From: Candidatus Hermodarchaeota archaeon
Lineage (GTDB): Archaea; Asgardarchaeota; Lokiarchaeia; Sigyniarchaeales; SOKP01
Assembly (NCBI GenBank): GCA_048885535.1
Contig: JBHLLO010000029.1
Location: forward strand, 1 to 20,319
Direction of reading: 5' to 3'
Length of the DNA stretch: 20,319 bases
Shown: piece by piece, positions 1-6,776 of the stretch
How the letters are laid out: the number at the start of each line of letters is the position of its first letter
Numbering within the stretch: position 1 is the stretch's first letter
The notes under the pieces: generated by a model
Told to the model about the DNA's origin: nothing
Database searches by the model: none
What the model saw: only the letters and a program-made list of their open reading frames with translations
Program-made: the position numbers and the translations under genes

Positions 1-2
1 TA

Positions 3-620
3 GAATTTACCGGCTCTTACAGTTTCATCACTTGTGAATAGAAGTTTTGAATTCGAATCTCCAATTCTATCTTTTACGGCTTCTTTTGAGAATCCACCAA
101 ATACAATTGAATGTATGACTCCGATTCTTGCGCAAGCTAACATAATGATGGCTAATTCAGGTATCATTGGTAGCCAGATAGTAACTCTATCACCTTTCTT
201 TAAGCCATGATTTTTCATTGCATTTGCTACTTTATTAACTTCCTTCAATAACTCGTTATAAGTGTACCTCCTGACTTCTCCTGGTCTATCAGCTTCCCAT
301 ATTAGTGCTATTTTATCACCATTGCCCTTTTTTACATGTCTATCTAAGCAATTGTATGCAACGTTAAGTTTTCCACCAACAAACCACTTTCCTGGGAATA
401 AGTCAGTCTTTTCCCATACTTTTTCATAAGGTTTAAACCAATCCAGTGATTTAGCTTGTTCTGCCCAAAACTCTTCCATATTATCAATAGATTTCTTGTA
501 TAACTCTTTGTATTCTTCAAATGACATTCCAGTTTTAGCAAATTTCGAGTTTAGTTTAACAGGATCGAAGATACGGGTTTCAGTAAGGATACTTTCCATC
601 TTCTTATCTTCTTCTGACAT
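3..620 (-). CDS. acs: Acetyl-CoA synthetase (AMP-forming acetate--CoA ligase), N-terminal ~206 aa; runs off the left edge
   Basis: Not in the ORF track; translated by hand from the ATG at 620-618: MSEEDKKMESILTETRIFDP...YKKSIDNMEEFWAEQAKSLDWFKPY...KWFVGGKLNVAYNCLDRHV...KIALIWEADRPGEVRRYTYNELLKEVNKVANAMKNHGLKKGDRVTIWLPMIPELAIIMLACARIGVIHSIVFGGFS. These are the standard Acs N-terminal motifs, and the frame is open to the window edge. Confidence 0.95.
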   Translation of the reverse strand, partial: MSEEDKKMESILTETRIFDPVKLNSKFAKTGMSFEEYKELYKKSIDNMEEFWAEQAKSLDWFKPYEKVWEKTDLFPGKWFVGGKLNVAYNCLDRHVKKGNGDKIALIWEADRPGEVRRYTYNELLKEVNKVANAMKNHGLKKGDRVTIWLPMIPELAIIMLACARIGVIHSIVFGGFSKEAVKDRIGDSNSKLLFTSDETVRAGKF

Positions 621-690
621 AAAATTTCACAATTTTGAATTTCTTATTTTGTATCTAATCTAAGATTTACAAGGTTTTTTAATTCTAAGA

Positions 691-708
691 ATATATTAAA
701 GCTTTTTG
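691..708 (-). promoter_or_regulatory. Putative archaeal BRE-TATA promoter for acs
   Basis: Minus strand reads CAAAAAGC-TTTAATATAT, a purine-rich BRE-like element directly followed by a TATA-like box about 70 nt upstream of the acs ATG. The AT-rich background lowers specificity. Confidence 0.4.
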
Positions 709-917
709 TTCGATCTTATATCACTTAAAGTATTTATGAATAAATGAACATAAGACCATCAACAAAAGAAATTCTAAATGATTTTTAAACATTTTATTTA
801 TAAATAATATATCAATCACTCAGTTGAGATTTCAAAAAAAGTTAAATGAATAGAGAAATAAATAATAGAAATATAGAACTTTTAAGTAACAATTAGGATC
901 GATTTTTGCTATTTATA

Positions 918-2828
918 ATGGAAAAAAAAGAATTATTAGATAAAGATTGGCGAGTTAAGTGGAAGAATAAGGAAATTACCGCAAAAGAGGCAATTAAAAA
1001 AATTATACCTGGAAATCGTGTTTTTATTGATACTGCATGTTCTGAGCCCCAAGCTCTAACGAATCAACTGATAAAATCTTCTGACAGTTTATTAGATACA
1101 GAACTGATTCATTTCCTGACTATTTTTCCCGAAAAATACTTTAAGGACAAAGCAGAAGATTTATTTAGACATAATGCCTTTTTTATTGGTAAAACTTTAA
1201 GAGAAGAGATCAACAAGGGGCAAGCAGATTATACTCCAATTTTTGCCAATGAAATTCCCTCATTATTCTTAACTGGAAGAAAAAATTGTGATGTAGCACT
1301 TATTCAAGTGACTCCACCTGATAGAAATGGTTTTTGTTCCTTTGGTACCAATATAGATGTTGCTAAACCAATTGCTAAGTCAGCTTATATTACAATTGCA
1401 GAGATTAATCCCCAGATGCCCAGAACCTTAGGGAATAGTTTCATCCATATGAAAGAAATTGATTTTTATATATACAATGATACTCCATTACTAGAATTTC
1501 ATTTCAAGGAGAAAAATCCAGAAGTAATGGATCGTATTGGTAGAAATGTTGCTGATTTAATTGAAAATAAGTCAACAATACATATAGGGAATGGATATTT
1601 ACCTAATGCTTGTTTGAAGTATTTAATGAATAAAAAGGATCTTGGAATGCACAGCCATTACATCACAGATAATATAATACCCTTAATAAAAAGTACCGTT
1701 TTAACCTCACGAAGAAAGAATTTTCACCCTGAAAAGATTGTTACGAGTTTTGCATTAGGTACCAAGAAATTATTTGACTTTATTGACAACAATCCATATA
1801 TTGAGTTTTATCCATCAGATTATGTGTGTAATCCTAAATATATTGGTATGAATAAAAAGATGGTCTCAATAAATCAAGCACTACAAATAGATTTAACAGG
1901 ACAAGTTAATGCATCTACTAAGGGATATGATTTTTATTCTGGAATAGGAGATACTGTTGATTTCATGCGTGGAGCCGCATTTTCTAAAGGAGGTAAACCA
2001 ATAATAATATTACCTTCAACATCTAAAAGTGGAGAGCAATCTAATATAGTTGCTCATTTGGACGAGGGAGCAGGCGTTATGTTATCTCGAGCTGATGTTC
2101 ATTATGTTGTAACCGAATGGGGTGTGGCATATTTACATGGTAAAACTATAAGAGAACGTGTCCTTGAGTTAATTTGTATTGCTCATCCTAAATTTCGAGA
2201 ACAGTTATTAGAACATGCTAAAAAATTAAATTACATCTTTTCTGACCAAATTTTACCCTGTGATGAAAATGGCAAAATTTGTCGATATCCTTCTGAGTAT
2301 GAAACATCATTTACAACTCGAGATAATATAAAGGTAAGTATAAGACCAGTAAAACCAACAGATGAACCTTTATTAAAAGAACTGTACTATTCCTTGAATG
2401 AGAGAGATAGATATTTGAGGTTTTTTGAAATTAGAAAGGAGTTTACACATTCCAAGACACAAAATGAAGTTAATATTGATTATAATAAGATTTTTTCGAT
2501 AGGTGCTTTTGTAGGAGAAATTGGGAAGGAGGTAATGGTAGGAAATGCTGCCTATTATTTGAATCCTAATAATAACATGGCAGAATATAGTTTTTTAGTC
2601 AGAGAAGATTATCGAGGAAAGGGCATAGGGTCGTATTTGTATCATGTTCTAATAATAATCGCAAAAGAAAAGGGAATTAAAGGCTTTTTTGGAAACATCC
2701 ATGTTCAGAATAAAAAGACAGTTCAAATTATAGGAACAGGGGGTTATACTAAAATTACTCCCCCCGAAGATGGTGAAAAAGAATTGTTTTATGAGGTCTT
2801 TTTTGATAAGGAAAATTCAATGGAGTAG
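918..2828 (+). CDS. Acetyl-CoA hydrolase/4-hydroxybutyrate CoA-transferase-like domain (degenerate active site) fused to a C-terminal Pat-type GNAT N-acetyltransferase
   Basis: CoA-transferase family motifs: ADYTPIF, DVALIQVTPPDRNGFCSFG, IAEINPQMPRT.G, SINQALQIDLTGQV, DFMRGA..SKGGK.II.LPST, VVTEWG.AYL.GK.IRER..LI.IAHP.FRE.L. GNAT motifs: IRPVKPTDEPLL...RYLRFF, AEYSFLVREDYRGKGIG. ATG at 918 preferred over TTG at 906, with a TTTTAAGT box at 880-887. Confidence 0.9.
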   Translation: MEKKELLDKDWRVKWKNKEITAKEAIKKIIPGNRVFIDTACSEPQALTNQLIKSSDSLLDTELIHFLTIFPEKYFKDKAEDLFRHNAFFIGKTLREEINKGQADYTPIFANEIPSLFLTGRKNCDVALIQVTPPDRNGFCSFGTNIDVAKPIAKSAYITIAEINPQMPRTLGNSFIHMKEIDFYIYNDTPLLEFHFKEKNPEVMDRIGRNVADLIENKSTIHIGNGYLPNACLKYLMNKKDLGMHSHYITDNIIPLIKSTVLTSRRKNFHPEKIVTSFALGTKKLFDFIDNNPYIEFYPSDYVCNPKYIGMNKKMVSINQALQIDLTGQVNASTKGYDFYSGIGDTVDFMRGAAFSKGGKPIIILPSTSKSGEQSNIVAHLDEGAGVMLSRADVHYVVTEWGVAYLHGKTIRERVLELICIAHPKFREQLLEHAKKLNYIFSDQILPCDENGKICRYPSEYETSFTTRDNIKVSIRPVKPTDEPLLKELYYSLNERDRYLRFFEIRKEFTHSKTQNEVNIDYNKIFSIGAFVGEIGKEVMVGNAAYYLNPNNNMAEYSFLVREDYRGKGIGSYLYHVLIIIAKEKGIKGFFGNIHVQNKKTVQIIGTGGYTKITPPEDGEKELFYEVFFDKENSME

Positions 2829-2877
2829 ATAATCACAATTTTTATCTTTCTTTTTTAATTTATATACTTGAAAATAC

Positions 2878-3690
2878 ATGAGATTTAAGTATACTGATTA
2901 TCATATTCATTCACGTAGTTGGAGTACAGACGTTGGTGAAGATGGTCCTGTTTTTGATGATTATATTAGGATTGCAGAAGAAGAACGTATTAATATTTGC
3001 TTTTTGGAACATTTCGAACTTTATTACGTTGAAAATGACAAATTAAATCCATTTCATGATGGTGGGATCAATAATTACCTTGAGGAAATTGATCTACTTA
3101 AGGAATCATATGGTTTTATTTTAGGAGGCCTTGAGATTGAGTATTATAAAGACAGGGAAGTGGAATTAATGGAATTCATGGACGATTATGGTAAAGAATT
3201 AGATTTTATTGGAGGATCAATTCATGAATGGATTATTCATTATCCTATAACAACTAGAGAGGGATTGCTAGAGTTGATGAAAAAATTATCTCTAAAACAA
3301 ATTATTGACGATTATTTTGAAGTTTTTAACAATATGATTGCATCTAAAATTTTTAAAAGTGTATGTCATATTGATACGATATTTCGCTATATCAATGAGA
3401 ATGATATTAAACCTCCAGAAGATTGCGATATTTCAGATAACAGGATTTTAGAGTTAGGGCGTGCTTGTATGCATAATAATATTCAGATAGAATATAATCT
3501 ATCTGGTAAAAAATTTCCAATAGGGCGAACATTTCCTTCTAAAAAAATTGTTTTAAAACTTTTAAAAGAAGGGGCTTCATTTTTTGTTGGTTCAGATTCT
3601 CATTCAGTAGATTTTTTTATAGAACAAATTCCTGAAATAAAAAAGGCGTATGATTCATTTAATCTAATTAAAAGAAGTGGAAGATTTTAA
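2878..3690 (+). CDS. hisK: PHP-family phosphoesterase, histidinol-phosphatase (HisJ/HisK)-like
   Basis: Metal-ligand motifs in the PHP order: DYHIHS, FLEH, GLEIEY, DFIGGSIH, CHID, GSDSH. The substrate is inferred from family resemblance only. Confidence 0.75.
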   Translation: MRFKYTDYHIHSRSWSTDVGEDGPVFDDYIRIAEEERINICFLEHFELYYVENDKLNPFHDGGINNYLEEIDLLKESYGFILGGLEIEYYKDREVELMEFMDDYGKELDFIGGSIHEWIIHYPITTREGLLELMKKLSLKQIIDDYFEVFNNMIASKIFKSVCHIDTIFRYINENDIKPPEDCDISDNRILELGRACMHNNIQIEYNLSGKKFPIGRTFPSKKIVLKLLKEGASFFVGSDSHSVDFFIEQIPEIKKAYDSFNLIKRSGRF

Positions 3691-3700
3691 ATAGTAAAAA

Positions 3701-4417
3701 ATGGAGTCAAGAGAATTACTGAATCATTTACATCAATGGGACCAAAAGATTATCTTAAAATATAATGGAATAGGAGGTAAACCAATCACATACATTTTAA
3801 AGGTTATTTCTTTTTTTGGGAGGGAGACAATCTGGTTAATTTTAATGGCTTACTTCTTATTTATTTGGTATGATCCTAATTTATTTATCCATATATCTAG
3901 CACATTCTTAATTGGACTTGTAATTATTGCCTCTATTAAGAGAGTTTTTGATAGATCTAGACCATTTGAAAGTTTAACAAGTATAAATATCCTCGAGAGA
4001 AGACCCTACTCGAGAAGCTTCCCATCTTGGCATGCATACAATATGATTTCCCAAGGATTGTTAATTGGCTATTTAATGAATTCTCTATTAATAACAATTT
4101 TGTGTGTGATATTTGCTGTTATTGGTGCATTTTCAAGAATTCAATTAGGAGTTCACTATCCAACTGATGTTATTTTTGGATTCTTAATAGGTATAGGGGG
4201 ATTTCTTTTATCGATATTTTTGGTTTCTCCTTTACTTTTTAATTTAATAAAGCTAATAGAAGCATATATACCGTATCAAGTTGAATATTACAGGATTAAT
4301 CCGTGGTTATTTGATAATCTTTGGTATGTTATCTTATGTGTAATTGTATTTAGTTTAATCTTTCTAATTTCAATTCATAAAATTATTAAAGATTTTTTGA
4401 TAAAATCAAGGAAGTAG
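3701..4417 (+). CDS. PAP2-family membrane phosphatase (lipid/polyprenyl phosphate phosphatase-like)
   Basis: C1 KRVFDRSRP, C2 SFPSWH (variant of PSGH), C3 SRIQLGVHYPTDV, plus several hydrophobic transmembrane segments. Starts 10 nt after the PHP gene. Confidence 0.9.
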   Translation: MESRELLNHLHQWDQKIILKYNGIGGKPITYILKVISFFGRETIWLILMAYFLFIWYDPNLFIHISSTFLIGLVIIASIKRVFDRSRPFESLTSINILERRPYSRSFPSWHAYNMISQGLLIGYLMNSLLITILCVIFAVIGAFSRIQLGVHYPTDVIFGFLIGIGGFLLSIFLVSPLLFNLIKLIEAYIPYQVEYYRINPWLFDNLWYVILCVIVFSLIFLISIHKIIKDFLIKSRK

Positions 4418-4426
4418 AATTAGTTA

Positions 4427-5653
4427 TTATAAATTAAGTCGTTTTTTCTTATCAAAAAGTTGTTTTAATTCATCAAGAACTTTCAATCTAGAATCAGCAG
4501 GATTTGTTCGACTTTGAGATTGGTCAGGACTAGTTATACTAATTGGAATACCACTTTGTGCTACTTGAAAGGCTCCACTCTCAATTGCACTTAATCTAGT
4601 GTCAAGATCACTTAATTGCTTTGAAATACTTTCTGAAAGACGAATCACAGCATTCATAGTTTCTTCTAAAGTTTTACCTAAACCTTCTACCTTTTTTAAT
4701 GTTGGATTTGTCAAGGAATCTGTAGTTTTCATTATTTCTTTAATATATTTTGAAAATTGAGGTTCATTTGAAATCAAAGAATATATTGAAGTTAGATAGG
4801 CTTCATAATCAAAACCATATTGAGCCAATAATGTATTAATGTTATCTTTCAACAATTCTATACCTAATAAGATTTCAGGTTCAGTTTTTATATCTGGATC
4901 TACTTTATGGATATATATTACAATAAACGGATTTTCTTCTAATGTTGTTAGAATCTGTAGTATTTCTTCGAAATATTCAAATGATTCCGCAAATCTCTCT
5001 GAATCTTGAATATCAATAACATAAATTAATAAATCTATTTGAAGAAAGTACAGTTCCGGATGCTTCATGTATTTATTACGATATTGCTTTTGACCACCCA
5101 TATCCCAGATGAATACATCAAGTTCAGATTCTTCAGTTTTTATAAACTGCCGGTGTACTCCTTTAGTTGGTTTTAAATTTGCTAGCTCATCTATCCCTAA
5201 TCTTCCTCCATACTTGGTTAAGATAGCAGTCTTACCAGCATTATCTAAACCAATAATCATAATTTTTTGAGCTTTTTTCTCAAAAACTTCTTCTTGATCT
5301 TTTACATTAACCACAATTGAGCTAATGGTAATTGCTTTCTTTAGCTTTTTTTCTAATTCTGGATATGTTTGTTTAAGGTCCTCAATTTTTCTGTTAATTT
5401 CTATTTGTTCGTCAACACTCTTTTTCTTTATAGCTTCAAATGGGTCATCTCTGTTTATTTTTGATATTTCTTCTATGTTTGAGACGTTTAAGATCTCTTT
5501 TAAGAATTTTGAGATTTCTTTAGTGAAGAACTTAAATGAGTGGATAGGTAATTGCTTTATATCATCCAAAGTGTTTAATTTGCTTATTTTAGTTTCTTTT
5601 AGGTCCAAGAATTTCGAGAAGATAATTATAATATTAGAAATATCTGTTGACAT
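4427..5653 (-). CDS. Arf/Rag-like small GTPase with N-terminal HhH-like extension and C-terminal coiled coil
   Basis: G1 GLDNAGKT, G2 PTKG, G3 WDMGGQ, LLIYVID, G4 HKVD, G5 TSI. About 125 aa N-terminal extension and about 110 aa C-terminal extension with heptad periodicity. Confidence 0.9.
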   Translation of the reverse strand: MSTDISNIIIIFSKFLDLKETKISKLNTLDDIKQLPIHSFKFFTKEISKFLKEILNVSNIEEISKINRDDPFEAIKKKSVDEQIEINRKIEDLKQTYPELEKKLKKAITISSIVVNVKDQEEVFEKKAQKIMIIGLDNAGKTAILTKYGGRLGIDELANLKPTKGVHRQFIKTEESELDVFIWDMGGQKQYRNKYMKHPELYFLQIDLLIYVIDIQDSERFAESFEYFEEILQILTTLEENPFIVIYIHKVDPDIKTEPEILLGIELLKDNINTLLAQYGFDYEAYLTSIYSLISNEPQFSKYIKEIMKTTDSLTNPTLKKVEGLGKTLEETMNAVIRLSESISKQLSDLDTRLSAIESGAFQVAQSGIPISITSPDQSQSRTNPADSRLKVLDELKQLFDKKKRLNL

Positions 5654-5860
5654 TGTCTTTTTTGCTCTTAATTTTAAATATTTATAGTCTTGATAAATTT
5701 TTATTATTATCTATTTCCTTTTTATGATAATAGTTAAATAATTTAAGATTTAAATTTTCACTACCGATTTAAATTAATTAACATTTAAATATGTGATTTA
5801 TTTTAAATACCATACACAAAGTAAAAAATTCCAATAAGAGCACCAATTTATTCAATAGAT

Positions 5861-6769
5861 ATGCCATCAAAATTTGAAGAAGATAACTTTTTTGAGGAAG
5901 ATGCAGAGCAATGCTGTGATTCTCCTAAAATCAGTGAGGAAGATGGATTTAATGTATGTTTAAACTGCGGTTATGTATACAGCAGAATTCTAGATGATTC
6001 GCCTCGGAGAGCATTTACTCAGGAAGAAATTCAGAAAAGAAAAAGTAATGAGCGTGTTTATAGCCCAATAGGACCTAGAACAATTATTCGAGGAAGTCGT
6101 GATGCGAGAGGGACTTTACTTAGTCCAAAATACAAATCTAAGTTCAATAGATTGGCAAAAATTCACAGATCGTTAACTACTAGTTATGAAAGGAATCTAT
6201 GGATTGCTTTACCAAATCTGCAACGATTGCAAAAAAGATTAGGTATCCCCGATACCGTTGCTGAGGATGCATTACGGATTTATACTCAAACTGTGAAGAA
6301 GAAATTGACCATGGGAAGAAGTATTGACACACTACTATCAGCTTCAATTTTTTGTGCTTTACGTGTTCATGGCATCCCCAGAACTGTAGAAGAAATAACA
6401 AAAGTAGCTCAAATACCCAAGAAAAAAGTTATAAAAAGTTATAGATTAATTCTCATGGAGGTTCTACCCAATTTAAATTTGAAGGTTCAACATTTCTCAC
6501 CTGATAGATACGTTGATAAATTTAACGATGAATTAAAATTGTCTATGCAATGCAGGAATGTGGCTGTAAAAATCATCGAGAATGCGAAAAAACATGGTTT
6601 TAATTCAGCTGGTAAGGATCCAAAAGGCATTGCTGCTGCAGCGATCTATATTGGCTCAAAAATTTGTAATGAAAACAGAACTCAAAAAGAGATAAGTAAA
6701 TTAGCTCGCGTAACTGAAGTTACATTACGAATGCGGGTTAAAGATTTGATGAAATATGCTGATATCTAA
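5861..6769 (+). CDS. tfb: Transcription initiation factor IIB (TFB) paralog
   Basis: N-terminal Zn ribbon CC..x..CLNCG; cyclin repeat 1 with ERNL..AL..L, GRSID...ASIF.ALR..GIPRT..EI; repeat 2 with GKDPKGIAAAAIY and RTQKEISKLARVTEVTLRMRVKDL. Confidence 0.95.
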   Translation: MPSKFEEDNFFEEDAEQCCDSPKISEEDGFNVCLNCGYVYSRILDDSPRRAFTQEEIQKRKSNERVYSPIGPRTIIRGSRDARGTLLSPKYKSKFNRLAKIHRSLTTSYERNLWIALPNLQRLQKRLGIPDTVAEDALRIYTQTVKKKLTMGRSIDTLLSASIFCALRVHGIPRTVEEITKVAQIPKKKVIKSYRLILMEVLPNLNLKVQHFSPDRYVDKFNDELKLSMQCRNVAVKIIENAKKHGFNSAGKDPKGIAAAAIYIGSKICNENRTQKEISKLARVTEVTLRMRVKDLMKYADI

Positions 6770-6776
6770 ATAGATT

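Noticed and set aside
344-541. 65-aa minus-strand ORF from the track
   Set aside because: Alternative frame inside the real acs gene (3..620); no recognisable motifs.
657-828. Short dyads in the acs intergenic region (AATCT-A-AGATT 657-667; CTCA-GT-TGAG 819-828)
   Set aside because: Arms of 4-5 bp are expected by chance in AT-rich DNA.
906-917. TTG start at 906 for the CoA-transferase/GNAT gene
   Set aside because: Adds only four residues, and the ATG at 918 fits better with the TATA-like box at 880-887.
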